From Candidatus Thorarchaeota archaeon (GTDB taxonomy: Archaea; Asgardarchaeota; Thorarchaeia; Thorarchaeales; Thorarchaeaceae), in NCBI GenBank assembly GCA_019057475.1, contig DXJO01000007.1:32001-96000 (forward strand): a DNA stretch of 64,000 bases. Direction: 5' to 3'. The notes under the pieces are model-generated. The model saw only the letters and a list, made by a program, of their open reading frames with translations, made no database searches and was not told where the DNA came from. Positions 29,415 to 41,000 of this stretch are shown here, in pieces; positions within the stretch are counted from its first letter, which is position 1, and the number at the start of each line of letters is the position of its first letter. Position numbers and translations under genes: made by a program.

Positions 29415-30452
29415 CTAATCGAAGACCTCTACAAAGCTCTCCAAGTACTTCTTCTGTTCCTTAGTGGGCTTTTTGGGAATGTGGATCTTGACTCGCACCC
29501 GCTGGTCACCTTGTCGCCCATCTTGGGCATGCACGCCTTTTCCCCTCAGGCGAAGAATCGTGCCACCCTTTGTGCCCTTCTTGATCTTCATCTTGCTTGT
29601 GCCCCACATCGTAGGTACATCAACATCGCCCCCGAGTACCGCCACCGAGAAGGGTATGTCCATCTCCATGTAGACATGCAACCCACGACGCACGAATTGC
29701 TTGTGGCGCTTAACTGAGAATATCACGATCAGATCGCCATTGAGGCCGCCACGTGCTCCCGCATCTCCACCGCCCTGAATACGCTGACCCATGCTATCCT
29801 CTACACCAGGTGGTATTGGAACTGTGATCTCCATTCGTTTCGATTGTAGCCCGGTTCCGCGGCACGTCTTGCATGGGCTGTCGATAATCTCTCCAAGACC
29901 TCTGCAGCTTGGGCAAGTTTGTGCTACCGTCATGAATCCTCCCATGGACCGCATGACTTGGCCTTGACCTTGGCACGTAGGACATCTTTTGGGGGTGGTC
30001 CCAGGTTGGGCACCTGAAGCGCCACAGGTTTCACACCGCTCCTTTCGTTTGAATGCGATTTCCTTTTCGGTGCCAAAGAACGCCTCTTCAAAGGTGAGCC
30101 GTATCGTTATCCTGAGAGTCCTGCCCGGTGGCGGTCCGGCTCGGCCTCTCTGGCCAAAACCACCAAAGCCTCCAAATCCTCGGAATATCTGGCTGAACAG
30201 GTCGCCAAAACCTTCCATGTTGATGCTCTGGAAGTCTGCAGTACCGTACCGATCGTAGTTTGAGCGCTTCTCAGGATCACTCAGAACAGTGTAGGCTTCA
30301 TTGATACGTTTCAGCTTTTCTTCGGATTCTTTGCTGTCGGGATTCCTGTCGGGGTGATGTTTCTTGGCTAGATTCCGGTAAGCCCGTTTGATTTCATCTT
30401 GGGTGCTACTCTTGCTGACACCCAAAATGTTGTAGTAATCATTCTCAGCCAA
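29415..30452 (-). CDS. dnaJ: Chaperone DnaJ
   Basis: J domain HPD, G/F region, four CxxCxGxG-type repeats. Confidence 0.96.
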   Translation of the reverse strand: MAENDYYNILGVSKSSTQDEIKRAYRNLAKKHHPDRNPDSKESEEKLKRINEAYTVLSDPEKRSNYDRYGTADFQSINMEGFGDLFSQIFRGFGGFGGFGQRGRAGPPPGRTLRITIRLTFEEAFFGTEKEIAFKRKERCETCGASGAQPGTTPKRCPTCQGQGQVMRSMGGFMTVAQTCPSCRGLGEIIDSPCKTCRGTGLQSKRMEITVPIPPGVEDSMGQRIQGGGDAGARGGLNGDLIVIFSVKRHKQFVRRGLHVYMEMDIPFSVAVLGGDVDVPTMWGTSKMKIKKGTKGGTILRLRGKGVHAQDGRQGDQRVRVKIHIPKKPTKEQKKYLESFVEVFD

Positions 30453-30475
30453 TCTACGTCACCCAAACAAGGATT

Positions 30476-32350
30476 CTAGTCGAGGTCCTCAAAATCAACG
30501 TCAACTACGTCTTCGTCATCTGAGTCCTTCGACTTTGTCTTTTCACTACCTGGCATCTGGGTTGCATCAAAGCCCATCTTACTTGGGTCCATTCCAGCCG
30601 CGCCCGGTCCCTGAGCACCGTAGGCCTTCTCTGATATCTTGAATATCACTTGCTGCAGTGCGTCTGTTCCGGTCTTCATCTTCTCGTAGTCATCCGCTTC
30701 GATGGCTTTCTTGAGACCCTCAGACTCCTTCTCGAACTCCGTCTTGAGGTCTGCAGGGACCTTATCGCCGAGATCCTTCAGTAGCTTCTCTCCCTGGTAG
30801 ACCATCTGATCTGCATTGTTCTTGGTTTCCACCTGTGCTTTCCTCTTAGCGTCTTCTTCAGAGTACTTCTCCGCATCCTGTACCATTCTCGCAACGTCGC
30901 CATCAGATAGGTTAGTGCTTGCAGTGATGGTCATGGACTGCTCGTTACCTGTTGCCTTATCCTTGGCTGCGACGTTGACAATGCCATTGGCATCTATGTC
31001 AAATGTGACTTCAATCTGTGGGATGCCTCTGGGTGCAGGCGGGATACCAACTAGCTGGAAACGCCCAAGGGTCATGTTGTCCGCAGCCATTGGACGCTCG
31101 CCCTGCACAACGCGGATATCGACGGCGGTCTGGTGGTCTGCAGCAGTAGAGAAAATCTGACTCTTCCGCGTCGGAATCGTAGTGTTCTTGTCGATAAGAG
31201 GTGTTGCTACACCGCCCAGTGTTTCAATGCCAAGTGTCAGCGGAGTGACGTCGAGCAGAAGAATATCTGTGACTTCTCCAGACAGCACACCTGCCTGTGC
31301 GGCCGCACCCAATGCGACACATTCGTCTGGATTGATGCTCTTATCCCCTACTTTGCCGAACATGGCACGGATAATGTCCTGAATCATTGGCATCCTCGTA
31401 GCACCTCCAACTAGAAGTATCTTATCGATGCCTTCTGGTTCGACCTTGGCATCAGTGAGGGCTTGTCTAATTGGACCCAGTGTGGCCTGTACCAAGTCAT
31501 CTGTCATCTGCTCAAGCTTTGCCCGCGTGAGGTCTAGATTCAGATGCTTTGGACCACTCTGGTCAGCGGTTATGTAAGGAAGGTTGATTGTTGTCTGTTT
31601 GACAGTAGAGAGCTCGATCTTCGCCTGCTCAGCAGCATCCTTGATTCTCTGCATAGCAGATAGGTCCTTTGAGATGTCCATGCCAGTCGCTTTCTTGAAC
31701 TCCGCAATCATCCAGTCCATGACACACTGATCCCAATCATCGCCTCCCAACTGGGTATTGCCACTTGTGGAGAGTACCTCATAGACTTCTTCACCAATTT
31801 CGAGTATCGATACATCAAAGGTACCACCTCCGAGGTCGTAAACAAGGACCTTTAGTTCCTCATCCTTGTCAAGACCATAGGCCAGAGCTGATGCTGTGGG
31901 TTCATTAACAATTCTTAGAACCTCAAGACCAGCAATCGTCCCCGCGTCCTTCGTTGCTTGCCGTTGACTATCGTTGAAATATGCAGGCACCGTGATGACA
32001 GCCTGCACGACCTTCTGTCCTAGAAACGCTTCTGCATCTTTCTTCATTTTAGCCAGGATCATTGCGGAGATCTCTTGTGGAGTGTATTCCTTATCTCCAA
32101 TCTTCACTTTGTAATCCTGCCCCATCTTGCGCTTTATTGACCGGACTGTCCTTTCTGGCAAAGAAACTGCTTGTCTCTTTGCAAGCTCCCCAACAACAAT
32201 CTCTCCATTTGGCATGATTCCCACGACTGACGCAGTGAGCCGTTTGCCTTCCGCGTTAGGGATTATCGTGGGCGTCCCGGCTTCCATGTAGGCAATGCCG
32301 CTATTGGTGGTTCCCAAGTCTATGCCGACAACTATGGTTTTCTTTGACAT
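30476..32350 (-). CDS. dnaK: Chaperone DnaK (Hsp70)
   Basis: [30 protein letters not shown]. Confidence 0.98.
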   Translation of the reverse strand: MSKKTIVVGIDLGTTNSGIAYMEAGTPTIIPNAEGKRLTASVVGIMPNGEIVVGELAKRQAVSLPERTVRSIKRKMGQDYKVKIGDKEYTPQEISAMILAKMKKDAEAFLGQKVVQAVITVPAYFNDSQRQATKDAGTIAGLEVLRIVNEPTASALAYGLDKDEELKVLVYDLGGGTFDVSILEIGEEVYEVLSTSGNTQLGGDDWDQCVMDWMIAEFKKATGMDISKDLSAMQRIKDAAEQAKIELSTVKQTTINLPYITADQSGPKHLNLDLTRAKLEQMTDDLVQATLGPIRQALTDAKVEPEGIDKILLVGGATRMPMIQDIIRAMFGKVGDKSINPDECVALGAAAQAGVLSGEVTDILLLDVTPLTLGIETLGGVATPLIDKNTTIPTRKSQIFSTAADHQTAVDIRVVQGERPMAADNMTLGRFQLVGIPPAPRGIPQIEVTFDIDANGIVNVAAKDKATGNEQSMTITASTNLSDGDVARMVQDAEKYSEEDAKRKAQVETKNNADQMVYQGEKLLKDLGDKVPADLKTEFEKESEGLKKAIEADDYEKMKTGTDALQQVIFKISEKAYGAQGPGAAGMDPSKMGFDATQMPGSEKTKSKDSDDEDVVDVDFEDLD

Positions 32351-32352
32351 GT

Positions 32353-32970
32353 TTATTCACTATCCATTTCTGAGCTCTCATTAGCATCTTCTTCAATTTC
32401 ACTGGCAGAGGGACTCTCGTGTCGGTTCACACGAACCATCGCGGGTCTTAGAACCTTTTCCCTTAGCATGTATCCCTTTTGATAGACCTCGACCACTTTA
32501 CCATCGGGCAGGTCAGGATTAGAGGTTCTGCTAGCAGCATGCTGGTAGTAGGGATCAAACTCTTTGTTCAAAGACTCAATCGGCCGAACATCCTCCAGAG
32601 AGAGGATTTTGCTAATCTGTCGCTCGATTGCACCTATGCCCTCTTTGGCCGCAGCAGGGTCTTTCTTGAAGTCGACCTCCATTGCGCGCTCAATGTTATC
32701 ATAGACTTCAAGCAGTTTAAGAAGAACTCCTTCCCTGGCGAACTTGGCGGCCTCTTCAAATCTACCGTCTATGCGCTTCTTGTAGTTCTCGAATTCCGCC
32801 TGCAGCCTCTGGAGTCGGTCCAGAAGATCGTTGGCCTGGGCTTCATCTTCATCAAGGTCCTGCTCAGGCTTTTTCTCAGGAAGCGCTTCAAAAGATTCAG
32901 CGTTACTGAGCGCTCCTTCCTCTTCAGGAGTAACATCTGCTTCCTGACGTTCTTCATTATTCTCCGGCAT
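32353..32970 (-). CDS. grpE: Nucleotide exchange factor GrpE
   Basis: [28 protein letters not shown]. Confidence 0.95.
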   Translation of the reverse strand: MPENNEERQEADVTPEEEGALSNAESFEALPEKKPEQDLDEDEAQANDLLDRLQRLQAEFENYKKRIDGRFEEAAKFAREGVLLKLLEVYDNIERAMEVDFKKDPAAAKEGIGAIERQISKILSLEDVRPIESLNKEFDPYYQHAASRTSNPDLPDGKVVEVYQKGYMLREKVLRPAMVRVNRHESPSASEIEEDANESSEMDSE

Positions 32971-33217
32971 TTTCGGTCACTCTGCCTGTCCATAGATGAC
33001 TCTAGCAAGCATAGCATGCACAGAAGTGCGCCGAGTTTAAAACATCGGCTGGGTTTGTTGCTGGATTGCAGCAATTCCCCCGGGTGACTCACCCAAAAGC
33101 TCGGTTTTCCCAAAATAAGGCTTTCGACTTGACCACGCTATGCAGAATCGTTGTTCCTCTTTGTGCAGAGTAGCAACCGAAAACAACTTTTATGCTGATG
33201 CCTAACAACCCGATGCA

Positions 33218-33970
33218 ATGCGCGATGAAAATGCTCTCGAGCAAGCAAAGAAACTTGTGGCCGCCGCCAAGAAGATCTCAGCACTGACCGGTGCTGGAAT
33301 CAGTGTTGATTCAGGGATTCCCGACTTTCGATCCGAAGGGGGAATCTGGGAACGTTTCGACCCGTATGAATACGGCACTTACGACTCATTCCTAAATGAC
33401 CCATCGAAATTTTGGACTATGGGACGGGAGCTTGCTAAGGTGATGCTCAAAGCAAAGCCAAATCCCGCTCACATAGCTCTAGCGGAACTGGAGCAGACAG
33501 GAAAGCTGCTAGGAGTCATAACACAGAACATAGACAATCTGCATCAAGCAGCAGGGAACACCAATGTCGTCGAACTGCATGGCAGTTACCTTCGCGCACA
33601 CTGCATGGAATGCAAGACAGATTACGTTGGCGAGGAAGTTCATCAGCGCGTTGCGGATGGTGAGATACCTCCTAGATGCGAGAAATGTGGAGGGGTCCTG
33701 AAGTCGGAGGCAGTACTCTTCGGCGAACCGATGCCTGAAGGCCCAATGGCAAGGGCGGTCGATATCTGCAATGATACTGACCTGATGCTGGTCATCGGAA
33801 CTAGCTTGAGTGTATACCCGGCAGCGTTTCTTCCGCAGTTGGCCAAGAACTCGGGAGCAAAAGTGATTCTCATCAATCTCGAAGGCGCGAATCGTGACGA
33901 TGTTGCGGATGTTATCCTGATGGGAAAAGCAAGCGACGTAGTTCCGAGATTGTTTGGTAGCTCCGAGTAG
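33218..33970 (+). CDS. cobB: Sir2 family NAD-dependent deacylase
   Basis: GAGISVDSGIPDFR, TQNIDNLH, HG, CxxC pairs, GTS. Confidence 0.93.
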   Translation: MRDENALEQAKKLVAAAKKISALTGAGISVDSGIPDFRSEGGIWERFDPYEYGTYDSFLNDPSKFWTMGRELAKVMLKAKPNPAHIALAELEQTGKLLGVITQNIDNLHQAAGNTNVVELHGSYLRAHCMECKTDYVGEEVHQRVADGEIPPRCEKCGGVLKSEAVLFGEPMPEGPMARAVDICNDTDLMLVIGTSLSVYPAAFLPQLAKNSGAKVILINLEGANRDDVADVILMGKASDVVPRLFGSSE

Positions 33971-34045
33971 GACATCAGCATCCCAGCAGAAACCACTGCC
34001 CAGTCACACTTCCTTCATGCGAACTCCTTAAACGGGCCTAGTTCC

Positions 34046-35032
34046 ATGCATTTTCGGCAGGTCATGAAGGCTAATCCATGGACACTGGCTAGTCTTGGTC
34101 AGCTGTCGATACTATTGGAGGCAAGCTCTCCCAAACCAGGCAATGTTAACCGCCTGCAGCCTTTTTCGGACACGGATTATCGCCATTTCCTTGCTAGTGC
34201 ATCACTAATGAGCCGGGGACTTCATTTAGCGGCTTCAAGGGGGGTAGCCCTTGCAGAAGACAAGTTGAAGCCAGAGGAGGTCAGGCTAGGTGAGATCATT
34301 TTAAGATGCGCAGAAGACGTTTTCACAGGGGTCAACAAAAGGAACACAATCTTGGGTACGATTCTGTTGCACGTTCCTCTGATTGTTAGTTCAGCAGCAG
34401 TTGTGCACCATGAATCGTGTTTTTCCGTGAAAGGAATCGCGCCCTGGATTAGAAAGGTCCTTGATCATACAACACCTGAAGACACCATCGACACGTATAG
34501 AGCATTTCACCTGTCCAACCTGGGAGGGGAGATGCACAAGGAAGCTGGCACATGGACCGAGTTCCATGACCGCTATGATATCCGGAATCCAAGTGTCTTC
34601 GACAATATTAGAGAAGATGAAATATCACTGCATCAACTCTTTCGTGCATCTGCCTCAGTTGATGAAATAAGCAGAGAGTGGTCTGAATACTTCACGCCCA
34701 CATTGTGCGAGGTATATCCTCGGCTCGAACGATATTCTGTGGGGCTCGAGGACTTGGAAGAGGGCATAGTGAAGCTTTTCGTGTGGCTTCTGTCGCAGCG
34801 CCCCGATGGACTAATTGTGAAAAAAGCAGGTCCCGTACGCGCCGAGGAAGTCAGAGTTCTAGCTGAAAAGACCATAAGAGAGTCTGGAGTCGCAGATGGA
34901 GCTAAGCTTATGCTTTTACTTGATAAGAAGCTGAGAGAGGAAGGAAACCTGCTGAATCCAGGTACGACTGCAGACCTTGTTTCTGCAGCGATACTTTGCA
35001 AACTTGTGGCTGGAGAATTCCCGTGTGTCTAG
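34046..35032 (+). CDS. Triphosphoribosyl-dephospho-CoA synthase (CitG/MdcB) family
   Basis: PKPGNV, NTILG, LNPGTTADL. Confidence 0.88.
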   Translation: MHFRQVMKANPWTLASLGQLSILLEASSPKPGNVNRLQPFSDTDYRHFLASASLMSRGLHLAASRGVALAEDKLKPEEVRLGEIILRCAEDVFTGVNKRNTILGTILLHVPLIVSSAAVVHHESCFSVKGIAPWIRKVLDHTTPEDTIDTYRAFHLSNLGGEMHKEAGTWTEFHDRYDIRNPSVFDNIREDEISLHQLFRASASVDEISREWSEYFTPTLCEVYPRLERYSVGLEDLEEGIVKLFVWLLSQRPDGLIVKKAGPVRAEEVRVLAEKTIRESGVADGAKLMLLLDKKLREEGNLLNPGTTADLVSAAILCKLVAGEFPCV

Positions 35033-35109
35033 CTCAGAACTTCGTTGAATAAGACAACGACTGGGATTAGCATGAAGGATGGTTGAAGGGAATCAGCGCG
35101 ACCCTGTTT

Positions 35110-35382
35110 CTACATGAGAAATTGACGGAAGATATGCTCGTACTTCGTACGAATCTCTCTCGCTCTGTCTGTGTCTGCCAAGTAGAGCGGTTGGCGCATG
35201 TCGTTAAGATTCGGGACCTTTCTGCAAAGTTGGTGGCCCAGGAGTTTGCGAAGGGCAAAGGAAACTGTTCGAGGAGCTAGGTCGACCTTGCTACTGAGGT
35301 CCTTTGGAGTCATAGGACCATCCACAGCTAGATGATTCAGAACTATGATTGCACTTCTTGGGAGGTCGAAATTAATACTCAA
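35110..35382 (-). CDS. Winged helix-turn-helix (MarR-like) protein
   Basis: GPMTPKDL...LAPRTVSFALRKL...VPNLNDMRQPLY. Start inferred at TTG 35382, downstream of a TATA-like ATATATAA at about 35421-35428. Confidence 0.85.
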   Translation of the reverse strand: MSINFDLPRSAIIVLNHLAVDGPMTPKDLSSKVDLAPRTVSFALRKLLGHQLCRKVPNLNDMRQPLYLADTDRAREIRTKYEHIFRQFLM

Positions 35383-35585
35383 CTTATCTACCCTATGAGT
35401 CCGTTCTCTGCGCAGCCTCGTTATATATCCCACGGCTCTGAATATAAAGCATAAGATGAACGCATGGTCTTGCAGTGGCGCGTGCTTACTAAATTATGAA
35501 CTCGCAATAGTAGGATTCAAGTGGCAAAATGCGCGTTAAACTAAAACACTCACGGCTTTGGCCATCCAGGAGGCGTTAGGAACAG

Positions 35586-36578
35586 TTGAAGGAGAAGGTG
35601 TTTGTAACAAGAGAGATCCCGTCTGAGGGATTGGATATCATCAGAAGCAATTTTGAAACCACAGTCTGGCAGCCAGAAGTGCCCCCCACACAAAATGAGA
35701 TAGTGGAGAAGGCAAAAGACTGCGCAGGGCTCGTGACTCTGCTCACCGATCCGATAGATTCCGTAGTCCTTCAATCATTGCCCGATCTGAAGGTGATTGC
35801 GCAATACGCCGTCGGGTTTGATAATATCGATGTTGAATTTGCAACATCTCGAGGAATTGTTGTTACCAACACGCCCGGAGTCCTCACAGAAACAACAGCG
35901 GACCTTACTTGGGCGCTCATAATGGCATCAGCAAGGGGGATACCCCAGGCAGACCGCTATGTCAAGGAAGGAAAATGGAAGGTGGGATGGGGACCTATGA
36001 TGCTGCTAGGCAATGATGTCTATGGCGCAACGCTCGGTGTGATTGGAATGGGCAGGATTGGCAGCGCCGTTGCGCACAGAGCCAAGGGGTTCTCGATGAA
36101 AATCCTGTATGTTGACGTCTTTGAAAATGAAACAACAAGAAGTGTTGAGAGAGAGTTTGGAGCATCAAGAACTGATTTGGAAACGCTTCTGAGAGAAGCC
36201 GACATTGTTACAATCCATGTCCCCCTAAATCCTGACACAAGGGAAATGATAGGCGAGAAAGAGCTAAGCATGATGAAACCGGGCGCAGTGCTCGTTAACA
36301 CGTCGAGAGGGGCAGTCATTAATGAAGCTGCACTTGCAGATGCTCTTCGATCCGGACATCTCCGCGGCGCTGGATTGGACGTATTCAACGAGGAACCACT
36401 TCAAGCGGACAGTCCGCTCCTCGAACTCCGAAATGTTATACTGACTCCACATATCGCCAGTGCCAGCTTCGCTACGAGAGCTAGAATGGCAACCATGTGC
36501 GCAGAGAACCTGACTGCAGCCCTCGGGAGAGAGAGACCGCCAAACATTGTGAACCCAGAGGTGTTGAATGTTGATTGA
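35586..36578 (+). CDS. gyaR: Glyoxylate reductase / D-2-hydroxyacid dehydrogenase
   Basis: AVGFDNID, TNTPGVLT, GMGRIG, NTSRG, LDVF..EP, PHIAS. Confidence 0.9.
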   Translation: MKEKVFVTREIPSEGLDIIRSNFETTVWQPEVPPTQNEIVEKAKDCAGLVTLLTDPIDSVVLQSLPDLKVIAQYAVGFDNIDVEFATSRGIVVTNTPGVLTETTADLTWALIMASARGIPQADRYVKEGKWKVGWGPMMLLGNDVYGATLGVIGMGRIGSAVAHRAKGFSMKILYVDVFENETTRSVEREFGASRTDLETLLREADIVTIHVPLNPDTREMIGEKELSMMKPGAVLVNTSRGAVINEAALADALRSGHLRGAGLDVFNEEPLQADSPLLELRNVILTPHIASASFATRARMATMCAENLTAALGRERPPNIVNPEVLNVD

Positions 36579-36853
36579 TGACTGTAGCAGCATGTTAGAA
36601 TCAAGAATCTCGATTCGTAAGTTTAGGAAAGCCACAATCCCCGATAATGACATCAACGAGATTATCGAGATTGGTACCAAAGCTCCCTCGGCGGGCAACT
36701 GTCAGCCTTGGAGAATTGTTGTTGTGAAGGATGCAGCTACCCGCGAAAAGTTGGCTGAGGCGGCGTGGGGTCAGGGCTTCGTAGCGAAGGCGCCGGTCAT
36801 ATTGGCAGTCTGTGCGGTGCCCGCCGAATCAAAGGAGAGGTATAGCGAAAGAG
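36568..36853 (+). pseudogene. Nitroreductase, 5' part (disrupted)
   Basis: RISIRKF, APSAGNCQPW. Homology stops at RYSER, where TnpB sequence begins. Confidence 0.85.
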
Positions 36854-36878
36854 TCGCAGTGAGAAAGAAATTAGAAAA

Positions 36879-37748
36879 ATGAAGGCGGAGGTCCACGATC
36901 TCAGGGGCAGCCGTCGGTGTGCTCCTCCAAGACTTCTAGTTAAGGGACAGAGGGTCACGCTCCAAGTCCCATTCTTACCTCCTAATGAGGAAATGCTCAA
37001 CGATGTCATTGGTGAGCAGACTTATGATGCACTCGCAGGGGCTGACAGAGGAATCAGAGTTCCAATGGCTCTCTCAGTGCTCAACGAAGGTCAGTATGAA
37101 GACAGGCTAGTGTCATGCAACCATCTTATTGACAAGAGAGAGCGACTTAGAAAGCAAGCATATGCGCTCAATTCACAGATTGATAGGAAGAGAAACAACT
37201 GGGAGAAGAAACGGAAGGGATCGTTGCCCACAGTGGTTCTAAGGAAGCAGCGTCACCTTGATGCACTGTGGAGAAAAGTTCGTCGTCTCGACCGTGAGGT
37301 AGCCCGGCAGGTTGCTTCTGAAACTGTCTGGTGGTGTGAACAGCATAATGTCAAGACCCTGTTCTTCGAGGACTTGAGGAGTTATCAAGCTCCCGGAGGA
37401 CGGGGCGACCTATCATGGGCGCTGAATACAAACCTGTGGGGAAGGATATTCGATACAGTGAGGTATATGCGTGAAGCCCTAGGCCATAGATATGGTGGCC
37501 TCTGGAGCGTCAATCCATACCATACAAGCAAGAGGTGCCATGTGTGCGGTAAGGTGGGAATCAGAGTAGAGGGTAAGTCCTCAACCACTCAGAGAATGGG
37601 AGGAGAGTACTTCTATTGCTCCCACTGTCAGACCCACATGCATGCAGACCTGAACGCTGCGCGAAACATAATTCATGTTCAATCAAGGTCCAGTGCCGCT
37701 CCTGGACGGACAAATGTGGCATGTCCATGTTTGTCCAATTTACAATGA
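36879..37748 (+). CDS. tnpB: TnpB (RNA-guided nuclease family), N-terminally truncated
   Basis: RuvC-I GADRG, RuvC-II FFEDL, VNPYHTSKRCHVCG...CSHC Zn finger, RuvC-III HADLNAARNI. The frame stays open upstream (SRSEKEIRK) to the junction. Confidence 0.9.
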   Translation: MKAEVHDLRGSRRCAPPRLLVKGQRVTLQVPFLPPNEEMLNDVIGEQTYDALAGADRGIRVPMALSVLNEGQYEDRLVSCNHLIDKRERLRKQAYALNSQIDRKRNNWEKKRKGSLPTVVLRKQRHLDALWRKVRRLDREVARQVASETVWWCEQHNVKTLFFEDLRSYQAPGGRGDLSWALNTNLWGRIFDTVRYMREALGHRYGGLWSVNPYHTSKRCHVCGKVGIRVEGKSSTTQRMGGEYFYCSHCQTHMHADLNAARNIIHVQSRSSAAPGRTNVACPCLSNLQ

Positions 37749-37750
37749 AC
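37688..37750 (+). ncRNA. Putative omegaRNA 3' scaffold / right-end hairpins
   Basis: GTCCAG/CTGGAC (37688-37707) and GGACAAATGTGG/CCATGTTTGTCC (37708-37736). Confidence 0.6.
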
Positions 37751-37751
37751 G

Positions 37752-37915
37752 GTAGGAGCGTTTGATGAAGAAACAGTCACCAGGTCCTCAACGTGCCTGC
37801 GGAAATGAGACCAGTTGCGTCAATTCCAATCGGAATCCCTGACAGCCCAGTTCCAAAGAAGCGAAAGCGACGCCCGCTATCGGAAATCGTGGCGAGAGAG
37901 TGCTTCGCCAAGTAG
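37752..37915 (+). pseudogene. Nitroreductase, 3' part (frameshifted)
   Basis: VGAFDEETVT, then a frameshift, then VLNVPAEMRPVASIPIGIP...RRPLSEIV. Confidence 0.8.
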
Positions 37916-38023
37916 GCATGATTCCGGAGTTATGGCATCTAGTAGCTCCAGAATGAATTAGGCAGTTAGCGGCGGAGTCAAATCCAAACGTCAAGCATAC
38001 TGCATTGTAATGTTGAAGACTCG

Positions 38024-38054
38024 AAAAAGAAAGGGGGAGGGGACTTTCGTCCCC
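38024..38054 (-). terminator. Hairpin and T-tract after the large subtilase
   Basis: Minus strand GGGGAC-GAAA-GTCCCC followed by TCCCCCTTTCTTTTT. Confidence 0.65.
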
Positions 38055-38068
38055 AAATATACTGTGAC

Positions 38069-41000
38069 CTACCGCTTCTTGACTAAGAAGAGGATGAGCA
38101 CAACAACAACACCGGCACCAATACCAGCAATCAAACCAATCCACAACGGGTCAAGAAACGGTTGAACCACCGTTGTTGTAGTCGTTGTAGGCGTTGTGTC
38201 TGTTGTGGTAGTTTCGGTGAGGGTTCCTGCACTAAAGACACTTGACTCGAGTGAGTCTGTCAGACCCATCCAGAATTCGCCGGTTGCTGCTGCATCCGGA
38301 TTCTCTGTTGGATCGTTGTCATAGACTCTCACCATTGCTCTGTAGGTATCGCGCGCCAAGAATGACGTGGAGTCCCATACGTATGAGCCAGTGGTGACGT
38401 TCGTGGCAATTAGCTGATAGCTCTCGCCGCTGTCCGCTGAGATCAGCACCTCGTAGAAGTGCTCGTCTCCAGCGTTCAGGTCGCTAGAAGTCCAGGATAT
38501 GGTCTTCGAGGCGCCTGTACCTGCGACAGTTACCGTCAGCATCTCTGGTGCGAAGAAGTTGTTGAACGTGAACGATGGATAGTTCACGTCGAAGTCGATG
38601 TTGGTTTCAGTCACGGCTGCGACTAGCACCTGGAAGCTACCGTTCTTGAGGAACTGGTAGGTATCGTAGGTGCACTCAGGACCGACTGCAGGGATATCTA
38701 GACCGACACGTGTGTCGACCGTCAATGTCCATGTTCCAGCCGCAAGATCGTAGTCGAAGCAACCGACTGCGATTTCACCATCGCGGTCAGCTGTGAATGA
38801 ACCGACCTCTGGATGTGCTCCAGTGGCCATCACAGATCCAACAAGGTTGTTGTCGTAGGTCCAAGTCGAGTTGTCTACCGACGTCCACCATACCATGACG
38901 TCACAGTCACCGTTGGTGAAGTCAACTTCTATGTCGACAGTGTCACCGTTCTTGATTCCATCTACAAACATCCAGTCGAACTCATCAAATTGAATTGGAC
39001 CACTGAATGGATCGTAGGATGAATCAGGAATGACTAGGTCCCGTGTCTCATGGAAGTACACACCTGCGAGGAACGAGATGGTTATACCCGTGACCTCGTA
39101 TTCAGGCATGTTGACTAGCTCGAACGCTGGATAGCTTGCGTTAATGACAACGTGGTCACCAGTAGCAGTATCCTCGTCGATAGTTTCCCCAACCGCCATC
39201 GGGATTGGGTTAGGCAGGTTGTCAGCATCGTAGGTTACGATAACTTCCTCAGTCCCCAGATCAGAGTACCACATTACTTCAACGTCGTACTCAACTGGCA
39301 AACCAAGAGTGCCGTTCAATGCTATCGGATGCAGGTGTAGGTAATAATCACCATCGCCTGTGACCGCAGCAATAACTGCAGTTGTCGTAGCTGTCATGCC
39401 GTGACCATTTGCTAGCTCAAGACCTTCTGAACTGAGCACTGAAACGTACATGTCGTTGCCAGTGTCGGCCCAGATGACGCGGATACCTAGGTAGCCTTCG
39501 CCCAAGTTGTTATGCACGACCAATGTTCTGAAGTCCCAGTCGTCCGGGTCTCCGTCCATGCAGCCGTACATCGCGTTGTCGTATGGCTCAAGCACAGCGC
39601 CGTAGCCTTCGACAATCGTGTTGACTTCGCCTTCATCAGCCGTCAGATTGGCCACTACAGTGTAGCTGTAGGGGATTTTCACAAACGGTGAAACGCCGTC
39701 AGAAACCATCGCGTAGCCAAGATGGATGCCCACCTCAGCAGGTGCAGTCAGAGTGACGTTGACAGTGTTGGTTGTACCACCAGCAGCAAATTTGAGTTCA
39801 GGTGCCTCAACGAAGCCCCAGAAGATCACAGTGCAGGTGAAGTCATTGCCAGGCATCGTCTGGTTGTAATCGTGGATCGGATCATGGATCACGAGTACAA
39901 TGTCTCCGTCGAGCCCGGCTCCGACGGGTACTCCCATCGGACGCGCGAAAGGCATCATGTTGGTGTTGCTGACATCGCTGGCGCTTGTAATGCGGCTCAG
40001 CTCGCTGCCTTCTCCACTGGATGCATTCCAGAGGTTGGGCATTCCGTCATCATTGAGGTCTTCCCAGTCGTACAGGAACATCCATGACTCGTTACCGGCA
40101 ACATCTCCAGCATCGAATGACACACCGACAGTCATGTACCAATACAAGCCTTCGGAAGCATCATAGGCACTGCCAATCTGCTCGCTCAGGTTGAAGTAGC
40201 CGTACATCTGTTCATCGATCACAACCGTGTCATTGTACGAGAAGGTCGTGCTCGTGAACATGTATGTTTCATTCTCTAACCAGTAGCCCGCGGCAGCGCC
40301 CCAATCGACATCCCAAGTCATTGGAGTGTCGTACATGTCGGCAGCGTTATCATACAACGAGAGATGGTTTGTGACAACGTCACCAGCCATGACCTGTCCA
40401 AAGAACAGGGAACCCTCGTAGTTGTCCAACGGGTAGGCTTCTGTGGTTGAGTTTACGTCTAGTCCAGTCCAGGACTCCGGTAGTACACCCCAGTAGGCCC
40501 ATGCGTCTCCGATGAAGTTCGCGAAGTAGTTCCAAGAGTCTGTGCTTGCACCCACCATGCCAATATCGTTCACCACAAAATTGCATGCCGCCTCAGCGTC
40601 AACTCGACCGAAGCCTTGAGTGGCTGGATCGTAACCGAGATCAACAGCAGTGTATTGTAGGATGTTCTTGACTTGAGCAGGGTTGACAACTCCACCTAAT
40701 GCTTCATAGACAAGTGCTGCCACACCGGCTGCTACCGGAGCGGCTTGGCTTGTGCCAGCAAACATTGTGTAGTTGTACCAGGTATGACCAGGCGCATGTC
40801 GATAGGATGGTAGCCAAATGTCGTTGAAGTATACTCCATACAATGGCATACCAGCATAGCCTCCAAGGCCTGGAGCCACTATGTCTGGCTTAATGTAACC
40901 AGAGAATGACGGCCCCTTGCTGCTAAAGCTAGCAATGCCTTCGTAGTCCATCTGATCGGGACCATACAAGTAGTCTAGCCAGTGGCTAGTTGTTGAAGCA

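Larger units (their letters stand above)
36853..37750 (+). mobile_element. 5'-truncated tnpB-bearing IS (IS200/605 or IS607 type) with intact right end
   Basis: TnpB C-terminal half followed by two terminal hairpins, ending AATGAAC|GG. Sits between the two nitroreductase halves. Confidence 0.85.

Noticed and set aside
29415-32970. Bacterial-type grpE-dnaK-dnaJ as a novelty
   Set aside because: Well known in many archaea, including Asgard lineages.
37737-37750. AATGAAC end resembling a CRISPR repeat 3' end
   Set aside because: No repeat-spacer array and no cas genes; explained by the element end.
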